From assembly GCF_009914755.1 (NCBI RefSeq), contig NC_060932.1: a DNA stretch of 64,000 nt; one strand, 5' to 3'. Source of the DNA: the human T2T-CHM13v2.0 reference genome, Homo sapiens. Numbering within the stretch: the first letter of the stretch is position 1; each line of letters starts with the position of its first letter. A model generated the notes under the pieces. The model had not been told where the DNA came from and did not search any database. It worked only from the letters and a program-made list of their open reading frames with translations. Position numbers and translations under genes: made by a program. Positions 27,601-42,482 of this stretch are shown piece after piece.

Positions 27601-30135
27601 TAGGCATATATTTATACACTACTGTAATTTGGGTTCAAAACATGTAAATTATATCTGTATATTTCTATGGTGTATTTTAAATTATTACAGGACATCTTCA
27701 CTAATAACTATGCCTCTGAAACTATAAACTTATAGTACTTTTTTTTTGGCCTTTAGTAAACATGACCTCAAAATTCTGCTTTTTTTTTTTTTTTCTACCA
27801 CTGGTAGGGTAATGAATTAGAGGTAGGTAATTCGGTATGATAATTTCAGAATACCAACTAATACCACCAAAGTAGAATTGGTGTCAAATTCACAATGAGA
27901 ATGGGCTGTTTCTTAATTCTGTTAGGTGTCTTAAAAAGCTCATCATCTAAGATATGTACACATTGAAAATTTCATATACAGCTAATAACCTAAATGTTGC
28001 CCAATAAATTAAATTGGCTACCCTTCCTATTCCAAATATCCAGTAAAATTGGTGATTTCCAAAAGCACTATTCAAATATAAAATGTGAATCTTAAAAGAT
28101 TTAAATTTTATTGCAACCACAGAATGATTCAATATTCTTCCTTTTATATATGCATATGCATGTATTTGTATATATTAATGTAATTTTATCAGATCTCTGA
28201 AATTTAGTAGATTACAGCCTTTGAAGATAATAAATCATAGGGTTGGAATTTGGCTATTATTGTAGAACACAGCTAAGGAATCTCTTGTTTAAGGTTTCCT
28301 ACTTCAGCAGCTAATGTGGAGGAACTGAAAAGGCTGTTAAAATGATGCAATAGAAACTTGAAATCAGGGATTTAAGGAAGTGGAGGAATTGAGAAAAACA
28401 ACTTTTTAGAAAAGTATTAACATCTCCATCTTGCTCAAAAAATGCAACCACTACGCTCAGGTTTTTTATACCATTGCTTAATAAATTGTCATTTCAAAGT
28501 CTTAGAGTATATAAACAATGGCAGAAAAGGTAATATTCCAGAAACAGTCAAACAATATGGTGTCAAATGAAGATGTCATGGATGAAACCAATTTTAAGTA
28601 GAAAAAGGAAGGAAAGGGGTTCCAGTGATATAGATATAAGGCCCCCAAATATACCATACTCTCAAAATGCAGTATGAATTTAATAAAACATAGGACATTT
28701 CATTCCCGCCTTATAACCAGAAGCCATGAGTCACTTGAGGCCAGAAGAGTAATGACATGCTGAGAAAACAACAAATATTGACAATGATAAAAATGCAGCT
28801 CCATGTATATTCACTGGAGGGGAGTTCCCTAAATTGAACCCCCTCTTGAAGGGCACAGAAACTGTTTCTCTTTTTTTCCCGAAGTTACTCCTAATAAACT
28901 TGCTTCTTCCCTGCAGGAAGGATTCTTTGTTTCTCTCTGTACAGGGGGCATCTCCTCTTCTGTATTCAAGTCCTTCTCTTAGCTCCAGGGCATGACTACA
29001 GATGGGAAAGCTAACAGCTTCTATAATTAACTGTGCACCTCTAAGGGGCGTTTTTCAACTCCGCTAGAGAATACTGAGAAGCACAGATAGGCTTCAGAGA
29101 ATCTGCAGGAAATGAGAGCAGAGCAGCCAAGCAGACATTGGGAAGAGCAATTTTTCTCCCCAGAATACATCCAGAGAGAACTCACTGGTCTATGACCCGC
29201 AGGTCAAAGCACCTGGCTAATGGAACTCTATTTCCCAACTGGATCTTTTGTAAAGGTTAGCTGGTTTCTGATCCTACCTTCTATGCACAAACAAAGCTTC
29301 AAAATCATCCAGAGAAGCTCAAAACTTTCACAGACTTAAGGTAAAATGTCCAAGAGGTGGTGTCTTAGGCATCGAGCAACTATCACTTATTGGGAGCTCA
29401 TGAATTTTCAAAATCTAAAATACTTTTTAACAATGCTGAGTCTACATAGTATGAAGAGAGCAATCGAGGATCTTACCTTACTCAGAGGTTTTGTTTTCTT
29501 TTTCCACATGGAACTAGGTCTTTCCCCCTAAAAGATCCTGTTCATATCAAATGCATGGCACTCTTCTTTGGCCGCTTTTCACACTATTCACACTTAGCCT
29601 TTTCTCATTTTTCCCCCTCTTGTTGGCAACTCGACAACAACAAGCATTGTCATTTATACATAATTATATCGTGGGTTTTAAAAAACTCCGTATTTTGGTA
29701 TGAACATCTCATCAAGGACATTACATTCTTAGTGATTTAAATCTCTTCTGACTTCCTTATTAACCATATATTGTCATAGCAGCCTAAAATTTAAAAGTCA
29801 TTTAGTTATTTCAGTGTAGCAGATGTACATCCTTCTGGGATTCTAAACCTCCCTTCTCCAAATATGGCCTTGTTGTTTTGTATAGTCACCAGGAATGATT
29901 AACCAACATTCAATCTGAGCTAAGAGCAAAGACAAACAAGTGACTGCCTAACACTGTATCAAGTAAGTGCACAGCACACACAAACACACATGAGTTACTT
30001 GCTGCCACTTTGGCCTTAGGAGTATAAATCCCCAGATTGAGACAGATCATTAAGTTTCACTTCACACACAACACAATCCTGTAGAGAAAGAATGTGTGTT
30101 CCTCCTTTTGCCCTTCAAAACAAATGAATTATTTA

Positions 30136-30849
<714 letters not shown>

Positions 30850-30980
30850 TCATGCAATATAGTAGGTAGAAAGAAATGCAATATTCTTAACACCCCAAAA
30901 CTGGAATGTAATTAACAGGCATTTTCAGTTCTATATAAAGAGTTCAAAGTGCCCTTGTTATATTAGCAGTAATAGGTATA

Positions 30981-31035
30981 ACACAGACACACACACACAC
31001 ACACACACGCATCGTGCACGCACGCACGCACGCTG
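30981..31035. repeat. (CA)n/(CACG)n alternating purine-pyrimidine repeat
   Basis: acacagacacacacacacacacacacacgcatcgtgcacgcacgcacgcacgc. Confidence 0.9.
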
Positions 31036-31989
31036 CTCGTGCTTGTGCGCATACATTCCAGGTGATTAGCATTAAAACTGGTTAGTTTGAATTACTGTTA
31101 AATGCCCCACTCTGTTCATTTTGCCTTGATAGATGCAGTTTACCCTGATGGATAATCATGAATTATATCATTTAAGTCACTATTCTTAAGTTTTCACACC
31201 TGATTTAAAATGCCCTTTTCACTTTCTGTTATTTAAACTAAATTGAGGATTTTTCCCCCTGTAGATACACTTCAATTTCTAATGCTGAAATGCTTTGTAC
31301 AGCTTTTCCATATATTAAAAGGAACTAAATTTAAATATAAAATAATAAATCATTATCAAATTATTAAATGATTTTAAAAAAGAAATAAAGTGTTCTTTTC
31401 TATCATCAAATTTAAATCCATTTAGTGAATTAAATATTGCTCACTGATCTGTAAAGTCTAGAAAATAAGATGTATTTATAACCCATGATTTTTCTCTAAA
31501 CAAATTCTATCCATCTATGAGAACGTAAACACATTCAAGAAATTGAGTGTCTGTTGAGTGTCAAACACCATAATAGAGGCTTTACAAATATATTCATTAA
31601 AAGGGTGTGTGTGTGTTTTCTTTTTAAATGGCATAAAACAAGACAATTTTATTATCAAATTCCCTACCATCTTCTGCTGTTAAAGAGAGAACAGTGACTG
31701 CTACATTAGGGCAAATATTTGATTAAAAAAGAAGAACAGAAGTATTGCACTGTAAAAAGCATACCCGAAAGATACACAAGTGATGTGGAAAAAGTCATAT
31801 TTTGTTTAACTATAAAAACTGTGTATGGCTGTCTAAATAAATATCAGGGAAACACTTTCTACTTCCCTGATATAACTTGCTATGAATTACCAAATTAAAG
31901 TAACAAAATAAATTTTGTGAGCTATTACTTAAAGCTGTAAGATACTGTAAGTTATGTACTCATACATGTAATTTTAGATAATCATCAAA

Positions 31990-32480
31990 ATATTTCCTTG
32001 CCAGGCACTGGGTACACATTGGTGAATAAAAGATATATAGTCTTTGCCCACCTGCTGCTTAGAGTCTCGTCAGGAATGACTAGACAGGAAGTTTCACATG
32101 ACTATAAGTCTATTAAGTACAAAGAGTGACAGGTGCTAAGAATGAAATGGATAGTAATTGGTATAAAGGGCTGCGTAGGTAATCAGGAAGGACTTTCTGA
32201 GGGAGATATATGAAATCAAAGGGTGAAAAGAAGCTATCCTTGGAGGATGAGGAAGGGGAAAGGAAGCCACATTCTAGCTAGTCTGAGACACTGAAAAGAG
32301 GACATTGTGGTTTTAGAGGAATAAGTGTGAGGAAGAATGTCAACTGACAAGCTTGAAGGGTTATCTAGAGCTTTGTAGGTCATGGTAGGGACAGGGGATC
32401 TCGTCAAAGGTAAAGGAAGGCAATCAGCTGGGGAGTAGGTGCTCAAATGCATGTTTTAATTACTCTGGGGCTGTAATGTT
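31990..32480 (-). mobile_element. L2 fragment
   Basis: tgccaggcactgggtacacattggtgaataaaagatatatagtctttgccc followed by a purine-rich L2 body. Confidence 0.65.
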
Positions 32481-32974
32481 TATCAATAACTTCATTCCTT
32501 TATAAGACATGTCTGATGGCTGAAATTCCAAAAGAATGTTCCTATTTTATGGAAGGAAAATTCAAAGGTATAAAACATGAAACAAAATCTCAAGTATTTG
32601 TTGAGAGTGCTTAATGTAGCATACAAGAGCTTACATTTTGTTGAGTAAATATCCATATTTACTTTTTACAGAAGATTGTTTCCAATCTTTTCCCTATTTT
32701 TTTCATTGTTTAAGTAGTAAAGAAATATACAACAAATGACAAATAATGGGAGGATGAATTGACCATAAAAGCACAATAGTAAAATTAATTCCCTCAAGTG
32801 GAAACAGCCTAACCTTTAACGTGAAGACGATTATCAACAAGAGGAATAATCTTGCCACCAATGTCAAGGCCAGAAAATTCAAAAACAGGACTAAGAATAC
32901 AAAAGACAATAGACAATACCTAAAATCTAGGACCTAGAACCTCTGTGGAGCTCATCTACAAAAGCTTCTTATCA

Positions 32975-33322
<348 letters not shown>

Positions 33323-33809
33323 CTAACGGGAGATAAACACATAAATCCAAAATTACCCTACTGAATATATTCTACACAATATATTGAGTCATGGAAATTA
33401 AAACAGCAACAACAACTTCTGAAAGCACTTAACAAACCATGATTGATTTTCACCCCAAGATGGTTATAATGGACTCACTGTCCACTTTAGCATATTTGTG
33501 GTTCCTTGACATGGTGAGATCTCTGCTTGAATTCTCTAAAGAAATCCATGCCTATAAATTAAAACTACAAATTACCACTGACACTTCTACCAAAACTGGT
33601 AGCTCCAGTGATAAAATGCCAAAGAATCATAGTGATTCTGTTTCAAGATATCAAGACTGTAAATACCAGGGTGACAAGAAGGAGAAGGGATCAACATATA
33701 TGAAAAGAAATACAAAATTCTTGTGGACCACAAAGCAAAATTATTTTCAAACGGTAGACTCTCAGTTCTTACTGGTGAAATGACCAACCACATGTAAGCG
33801 TGTAGACTC

Positions 33810-33970
33810 TTAAGGAGAATGCTTAAGCTTCAAACTTTGGCTCTGTATTCTACAATGTAAGTAACTTCGAATAATTTACTGAACCTGTCTCAGTTTCCTC
33901 ATCTGCAAAATGAAAATAAAGTTGTCTCTTGATATGGTTCTTGTGCATAATAAGTAAATAAATGAGAGTT
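33810..33970 (+). mobile_element. MIR fragment
   Basis: tctcagtttcctcatctgcaaaatg. Confidence 0.65.
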
Positions 33971-34451
33971 AATCAGTATAAATCCTAAAATTAAATAAAG
34001 CCCCTCTGTTCTCTGTGAATCCACATTCCGTACTGTTTCTGCAAGAGTTTAAACTTACAAACTGGTGTTTTGGTATCATTCATTGCCATTCCCCCATGTA
34101 CCTTAACCATGACCAAAAAAAAAAAACATTTTTAAAACCAAGCTTATGTCCTAGAAGATCCTTTGCTTTAGGACATGGCCCAGTAGAATATATTCTATGC
34201 TTTTCTGCTTCATCTAGCGGCGTTTAATGACATGAAAGAATGAGCAGTTTAGCCTTTTACTGCTTAATTGTCAAGCTTTACTCTTTTTTCATTAATAGCA
34301 GTCAGAGCCAGTATCTTCAAATTCTAAATAACAAAGACAGTAAGGGCATTACCTGTGTTTTATTAAAACCTTGGGAGGTAAGGATGTTTTATGAATGTAT
34401 TCATTAAAGTTGTTTAGAACATGGCATATCTAGGAATATAGCTAAGTAATT

Positions 34452-34563
34452 AAGATTATGTTACTTCAATGTCTACTGATTCTGAATAAAGATGAAGGAA
34501 TAGGGGTCGCTTAAGAATATTTCTAGATTGCAGAATCAGTAGATATTGAAGTTACATAATCTT
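34452..34563. repeat. Long inverted repeat (33-bp arms, 46-nt spacer)
   Basis: 34452-34484 aagattatgttacttcaatgtctactgattctg is the reverse complement of 34531-34563 at 31/33 positions. Confidence 0.92.
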
Positions 34564-35849
34564 CACCTATTATTTAACTAGTACTTCTTCCTAAATATAC
34601 AAGGTCCTAGGTCCCTGCCCAAAACATGAGTTCATCACAGGGTATGACACCCTGAGACAAGGTGTCTGAGTCTTCTAGGTTTTCTAGTTTGAAGTTCCTG
34701 TCCCAAAGGAAAACTCCCTGACTCCTGGCATGTCTCAGCAGGAGCTGCTGTCATCATCCTGGAGAGGACCTCGTGAACCAACCGACCTAGGCAAAACCGC
34801 CCATGGTACAGGTGCTGGAGAGCTGTAGGAACACAGAGAAGAGTGGGGATAGGAATAAAGTACAAAGGAAACAGAAAGTGCAGGGGTAAGTTTTCCGTGA
34901 GACCCAGGTTTTATGTCGAAAAGGAAAACACATTTTAACGGAAGGATATTACAACAAGGTTGTAAAAACAAGCTCAATTCACACTTCTTTTGAAAGTTCA
35001 AAGCACTCATGTCTACAGGTTCTCATGTTCCACTGAAGTATACGGCCCATTTCACAGATAGTAAAATGGAGAAAGAGTGCCTTGCCCATTTTATCTATAT
35101 CAAGTCAAGAACACAGGGCTTCAAACTCCCAGAACAATGTTATATTTTTCTACTTTCCACTTCCTACCTTTCTAATTTTATATAAATGTTAACTACTGAC
35201 GATATGCCAAATGAAAACACAGGGGATGGAAAAGGTCTTCTAACAGAGAAAAAAGAAACTGACTACAGCAATGGTTTGCAAAACAGGCTGGGCAGCATTG
35301 CAACCCAAAGAGTTTCTTTCTCAGCGATAGAGATTCCAAGTCTTTCTTATCCCACTGAACCAGAATATCCTGGGCATAATCTGAGAATCTAAATGTTTAA
35401 CTTTAACAAAGTCCTCAAATGACACCAACGCAGGGACCAGTACCCATAAACTGTATTACTAGCTACATCATGGCTCTAAGCAACTTAATGAATAAACTCA
35501 CAAGACATCTCCTAACTCCCAAGGCTTTAATAAAATACAGGTAATGATCTTACTATTATTGTTATTCAGAATCTTAAGACTCTGGGTCTTACTACTATTA
35601 ATGAAAAAAGAGTAAAGCTTGACATTTAAGCAGTAAACTGTTAAACTGCTCAATCTTTCAGGCTATTGAACACCACTAGGTGAAGCAGAAAAGGCAATTT
35701 GCTATAAAGTGCTCTTGAGACTTGAACAACTCCTTTCTCCTTATATTATCAGTTCTAACTGAATGACAGAAAACATATTAAAAAGACAACATTACTGTCA
35801 AAAGCCTGGAGCAATATGAACTTTTCAATAACCTATACTAAAATTTAGA

Positions 35850-36033
35850 CCAGTGCTTCTCAAACTAATGTGTAAAAATCACCTGGGGATTTCATTCAAA
35901 TTCATATTCTGATGCTGGAAGACTAGGGTAGAATCTAATATTCTGTGTTTCTTCTTTTATTTCAAATTTTCCCAGATCCTGATAATACTCTGTATTTCTT
36001 ACAAGGTCCCCAGACCACACCTTGAGTAGCAAG
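35850..36033. mobile_element. MER5-family (hAT-Charlie) element
   Basis: cagtgcttctcaaact...aatcacctgggga...ccagaccacaccttgagtagcaag. Confidence 0.7.
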
Positions 36034-36140
36034 AATCATGCAGCTATGGTCATAAATAGCTCATGACAAGTGTGTTGGCTTGGAGTGTACTCTTAATATA
36101 CCTGTATATATTCAGCACTTTTAGAACATTCCCAAATAAA

Positions 36141-36273
36141 TTTTTTTTTTTTTAAGAAACGAGGTCTCACTATGTCGCCCAGGCTGGCCTTGAACTCCTG
36201 GGCTCAAGGGATCCTCCCACGTCAGCCTCCTGAGTAGCTGGGATTAGAGGCATGCACCACCATACTCAGGTCC
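36141..36273 (-). mobile_element. Alu monomer (FLAM-like)
   Basis: Poly-T followed by a single-arm antisense Alu sequence. Confidence 0.88.
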
Positions 36274-37504
36274 AAGATGAATTTTTTATGAATGGCAACA
36301 TTGTTATAGTTTTTAAGTCACATACACCTTCTGAGTCAACATTCACAGCTTTATAAAATAAACTACAAGCACAAAATTGTCAGGAATAATCCCAATTCAT
36401 TTTTTCTTTATCATTGTTTGGAGATTGTCTTTAAATATTCTTTAGTGCCAGGTCATTTACATATATTGCCCGCAGCAATAACACAAAGTATATATTTCCA
36501 CCCCATTTTGCAGATAAAGAAGTGGAAGCACAGAAGAGTTAATTAACATAAAAATATTGAAGGCAAAATAGAATACTTTTGCTCTTGTCTATGGTTACTG
36601 TTTCACGTACGTTATTTGATAGTTAAAGCAATGGTTGTTCAGGAATTAGTACCTAAAAGATTTGAGCATATTTTCTGACATGTATCAGTCTCTCAATAAT
36701 AACTGACAAGATCTTCAATGTAATGTCACACTTCCAAATAATAAGACTAGATTATAATAAACCCCAGTAAAAGAAAACTTTTCTCAAGAATAAAAGTTTA
36801 GTCATTGTGAAAGTACATTAATTTGGACTCTCCTCCAACCTACTAAATGCACTTTCTTTTCATCAGCATTAACATGAAAACTTCAAAGACATTCAGGAAA
36901 TTTTTCCTCTATTTCTCAAGACCCAACTTAACCACCCCCGCATCCATAAAGACTTCCCAAATGATTCAATCCAAGAATAAATCTAGTGTCTTCTTCGTTA
37001 TTCTAAATCCTTGTATTCCTCTTCAATTTTTTTAATCACAGATGGTATGTGATTAAAATCACATATGCCTCACTTTACAAGTATATGTAATTACCCTAAG
37101 GTCAAGACCAAAGCTCACACATCTATTGATTCCCCTCATCACAAAACATCCAGATTGACAGTAAGTATCTGCTTAATAACAAAGAAATGGACAGTCACAG
37201 CTCTGGATGTTCAGGATGCTGGATTTAATATGTAGGGTCACAAAGCAGCAGAGAAATATTAAGATGTACACAGATATTTTGCAGATGGCATATTTTGAGT
37301 GATCCTATGAATAAACCCTTCATTAGTTAAAAACTCCTAAAACCTCTGGGTACATTAAGCCAAACTAATTTCAAATTTTTTACAAATATATGCTTTGTAT
37401 TAATCTAAATGCTATATCCTCCTGCCACACTGACAGCAAACACTGTCTTCATATTATCTGAGAAAAAAAGATGTCATTTTATAGATCTCATTAGCATAAG
37501 CACA

Positions 37505-37625
37505 AGGTCATCACATAAAACACAGAATGCTCAGTTAAATTTAAATTTCAGATAATAAATGAATATTTTAGTGAATGCTGCATAAAATATTTGGGACATA
37601 CTTTTATAAAATCTCACTGTGTCCC
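37505..37625. mobile_element. MER53-like DNA transposon fragment
   Basis: cagaatgctcagttaaatttaaatttcagataa...aatatttgggacatactt. Confidence 0.6.
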
Positions 37626-39714
37626 ATACAATATTCGACAATGTGGAGGCAAGTCAAAGAAATTTTGATTAAAAAACTAAATCATGCTTTCTCTCTAGGC
37701 AAACGACATCAAATTGCCTAAAAAGATCAAATTTGTATTTAATTCAAGTGACTTAGAACCTCTGTGAAAAAATGTTATTTCTTATTCTACTTTATAGAAT
37801 TTTCATGTGCCATAAAAAAGCATTTGTTTTTTGATCCTTCCATGTTTCAATGCACAATAGTCTTTATTCACAATAGTAGTATTTCATTCATTAGTAGAGA
37901 ATATTATGAATTATTTTCATAATTCATAAAGCATTGAGGAATGCTTCTAGAAAAAAATCAGCTAAAAGATGCTACTCCTTTACTATGCTCTGATAATATT
38001 TTTATTTTTATAATAAACCAACCCTGCAGCTGAGGGATGCCTTGTTTTTTTTCTTTTAAATGTTAACTTGAGATTTATGTCATCACTTGAAGAGCTCTTT
38101 TTTACTAGATAATAGCATGTTACTTTCAGTAATTTTTTTAAATCTTAAAGACAATCAATGAATAATTTTAACCACAGTTTTTATTCTTCAATGACTAAAT
38201 GAAGCATCAAAGTAAATGAATAAATCATAAATACTAATTGATTAGACTTTCAGAGGTTTTTTTTGGTTATTACAGAATCAAACAACTACAGATAAATTAT
38301 CACAGAAGTGGGGAAAAGGGAGGTGATTCAAATACTTAAATTTAAATGTAGTTCAAGTAGGTCTGAAATCTAATAAAGTTAGTCATTTTTGTAATATATG
38401 CATTGTTGCTATAAATGTCTACAATGAGTGGCATGTGGCATTACTGCCACTGTAAAATGATAAAATGAAAAACGAGAAGAGAGTAGCAGGAACAAAGACA
38501 AAAACAGAATTACAGATGGATTATTAGGTCAGTCCTTGAGAACTGTAAACTAGTTAAAAGAGGAGAAATAGTCTACAGAACATAATCCAAGAAAAATTGA
38601 AATTCTGGATGAAAATAATTATGTTGTTTACTCATCTTGCATTTTTAAGTTGAAATAATCTGATTAGGATTTGCTCAGTAATAGTAACTGGCTTTTGGGG
38701 ACATGGGATGAGGTGCTCACATCTTCAAGTGGTAGAAAAAACACTACTAACACCATATCTTAAAAATCAAACTTAGAATCCCCTTTCAAAAGGTAAACAT
38801 TCCCTACAAAATGTTCATGTAGAAAGTCTTTCAATAAAATAGAAAGTAAATAAGGAATAGGAAATTATTTATACAAATGTCAATGGAATTGAAACTGTGG
38901 CTAAAATGTATCTTATTCCAAGACTTGATAACTGTTCTTGCATAGTATTCAGAAGCATTAGTTCCGAAATTTCTAATAAATCATGTATACAAATAAAGGT
39001 AATATTGCTTTGTGAGGTTTTATTTGTTTGTTTGTTTGTTTGTTTGGTGAACTATAACATCCTGGGTAACTTTTTGTCTCATAGTGGGTATTTTCTAATT
39101 GAACTATCATGTTTATTTCAAGGTATTATAAGCAACTGATTTATTAGGTATTATTTTTAAAAATATGACACATAACATACACAAATTTAAATGTAAGATA
39201 GAGATTGAGCAGGAGCTAAATTAATTTGACTACCTACTGCAACCAATGTCAACTCTTTCAGTCTGATTTTACCCATTTTACGTCTGGAAGTTGCAAGCAC
39301 TGTTTAAAAATTTTAAAATGCATTCGTAAATCTCCTAATACACAGTCTTGTCATCGCATACACTACCAAAATATGTGTGTAGTTTTCCACATTTTAGCCA
39401 ACAATGAACATTTTAATATTTGTACTAGACCATAATTATATTACTGAGTTTGTAGTAGTTCTTTCACAGTAAGTTATTTAATAGTGAGATTGATCATTCA
39501 TTCATATATTTACTTGACATGGGCAATGATGAGAATTGATGCATTTTTTAATTTTAAAGCTGTACACTGTATGTTAGTGACATACAAATAAATAAACACA
39601 CACATATTCATTTACATCTAAGTTCGCAAACAAATTAAAAACTGAAGCGATTACAGAATCATAGAATGTGATTTTACATAACTGAATCGAGATCTATGCG
39701 TGTGTAGAGAGGAA

Positions 39715-39995
39715 GAGATTCTATATGGATAGATATAGATATGATTACATATGATAAAGAAAGTACTATTTATGGTACAGTAGAGTATATGTATATGATA
39801 TACATGAGTATCATATACATATATACTTATATGTATGCATACATATATACATATATCTATGTGCATATATCATATGTATGTATACATACATCTATGTATG
39901 TGTATATTTCAGATGTATTTATCCATGCATGTACACATATGTATGTATATGTATGCATGCATATGATATTCATATGTATATCATAAACATATAAC
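39715..39995. repeat. Degenerate (TA/TG/CA)n low-complexity tract
   Basis: About 280 bp of mostly alternating purine-pyrimidine sequence; source of spurious ORFs. Confidence 0.85.
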
Positions 39996-41502
39996 ATGAA
40001 AATTTGTATAGTTTTATCTTTTGAATTTATATAAAACACTATCCCACTGTGACTTGTCTTTATCATCTGTTTTTATTCCGTCAAAATTATTCTTATAAGA
40101 TTCATTTATGTTGTAGTCACTTGTCATTTATTAAATTCACTACTGTAAAACATTCCACTGCTTGAAAATTCTACAAATAAATTAATCTTTTTTGGAAAGA
40201 CAATCAGAGTTTTTTCCTGTTTTTATTTTGGACTGACTTTGTTTTGGTTGTTTTGTTCTTTCTAAAAAATGCAATTATGAACATTTTTGCACGTTTCCTA
40301 GCAAACCTATGAAAAGGTTTTCTTCTGAAAAGTAAAATTATGTAGTCACTGGGAATATGAACATCTGATATTGCCAAATTTTGCCAAATTTGCCTTCCAA
40401 AGTAGTATGTTCCGACCATTTCTATCCCTCATAAGGTGTTTTATCGTAAAATCTATGTTTTCTGAGATTAATAAAGGGATATAAAGGGATCTCTTTCTTT
40501 TTGTTTGGTTATGATTGGCCCTGTATAACTTTATCAATCCTTAGCTTTTTGTCATTGAGGTCTCATTTCATTGCACTGAGTCAAAGGAGATGTTCTATGA
40601 GATACTGTTTTTTTGACATTTAATTTCTTTTTGGCTTAATATGTCTCAATTTTTAGAACTGCTCTATATGTGCTTCAAAAGCATGTACATTCTCTAATTG
40701 TTTGGTACAGAATTTGTATATTTTTATCAAATCAGGTGTGATAATTTGTTGCTCAAATCTTTTCAATTTTGAAAAATTTTTTGTGCTTAACTTTTAATAA
40801 GGAATTTTCCTAAAACTTTATCATTGTGAGTGTGGTGTGTCATGTTTTCCCTGTAGTTCCTCTATCACTTTTTGCTTTACTTATTTGTATTTATGTGTTA
40901 TGTATTTAGAACCATTGTACTTTCTGAAGAAGTTAAACCTCTTATTATGCAATGATCCCTTCTTTCCTCCATAGGCTATTTGTAATAAATTCTTAAAATT
41001 GTATGAGATTAATAAAGATACCTCAATTTTCCTTTAGTTTATATTTGCTGGTATAACTAAGTCTATTCTTTTCTTTTGAACATCCAGAGACTTATGTTTC
41101 AGGTGTATATACAGTATGCAGGATACAGTTACATCATCTGATATCTTTTCAGTGGAAAAGTTTAACAGACACAGGTTAAGACTTTTGATATCTACAATTT
41201 TTATAGATTTTACTTTAAAATGTCTACATGTCTAACACTTCCCACATATTTTCTCACCATTTTTTAAAAAGTTGATTGAATTTTATGGGTGTTCTTTATT
41301 TCATCATTCCATTTTTTCTCCTCTATAGTTTTGGAAGTTATGCATTCATTTCCTATTCTTTCATTAGTTATCCTTAAATTTTTCCAAGTATGTATAACAA
41401 AGTCCTAGCTCGCTAACTCCCAACAATTCAGGTGTCTTAGAATACCTTAATTCTAGTCATTTTCCCTTCAAACTTACATAGTAGCACTAAGCAATACCTT
41501 AG

Positions 41503-41759
41503 TCTTTGTCGCCCAGGCCAGTGGCATGATCATGGCTTACTGCAGCCTCGACCTCCTGGGCTTAAGTGATCCTCCCATCTCAGCGCCTGAGTACCTGGGA
41601 CCACAGGTAATCACCACTATACTCAGATCATGTTTTTATTTTTTGTTTTTTTTAGAGACGAGATCTTGGTATGCTGCCCAGGCTGATCTCAAACTTCTGG
41701 GTTCAAGCCTTGGCCTCCCACATGCTGGGATTTCAGGTGTGAGCCACTGTGCCCTGCCT
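41503..41759 (-). mobile_element. AluJ (diverged, with deletions)
   Basis: gtcgcccagg...catggcttactgcagcctcgacctcctgggcttaagtgatcctccc...gtgagccactgtgccctgcc. Confidence 0.88.
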
Positions 41760-42482
41760 AGTCTGTTCCTTTTTGAACTACATAAACAAGACAGGCAATG
41801 TTTGTTTGGATTTGCTCAGATGTTTCCCTGGTCTTCACTTATCAGAAAATGTCTTTGCTTTGCTCTTATTCTTAGGAGATAGCTTTGATGGGCAGAAAAT
41901 ACAAGGTTGACTATTTGATGTTTTTTCCAAACTCTGAATAATATTCCTCCTTCCTCCAGTTTCCATTGTTGCTAATAAAAAGTCTGCCAACCTAAATGTC
42001 TTTTCTGAGTAGTCGATTTCTTGTTAGTCTACAGCTGTTTTTAAGGATGTCTCTGCCTTGGCATTCTCATTTTTGCTACAATGTGTGTGTAACTGAATTT
42101 ATTCCTATACATCATCCTGCTTAGTGTATGCTACGCTTCTTTGTATCTGAGTATTTATGTCTTTCATTGGTTCTAGAAAATCTTTTTCCATTTTCTCCTC
42201 AAATACTGATTACCTACTCTCTATTCTGTACATTTTCTTTCTTCTGGGACTCTGATTAGATGTATGTTACAATAGCTCATTATATTCCATATCTTACTAA
42301 ATGTCTTTGATATTTTGCCCCTCCTTGCTCTCTCTTAAATATTCTGTCTAATGCCTCATTTTGATTAATTCATTTGCTCTCTTTGTCTAATATGTAGTTT
42401 AATCAATCCATATGTTTTAAGTTTCGAGAGTTATATTTCTCAATTAAAACAATGTTATTTGTTAATTTTTTGGTGATCTTGA

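Noticed and set aside
39651-40066. Tyr/Ile/His-rich ORFs
   Set aside because: Translations of a TA/TG low-complexity repeat.
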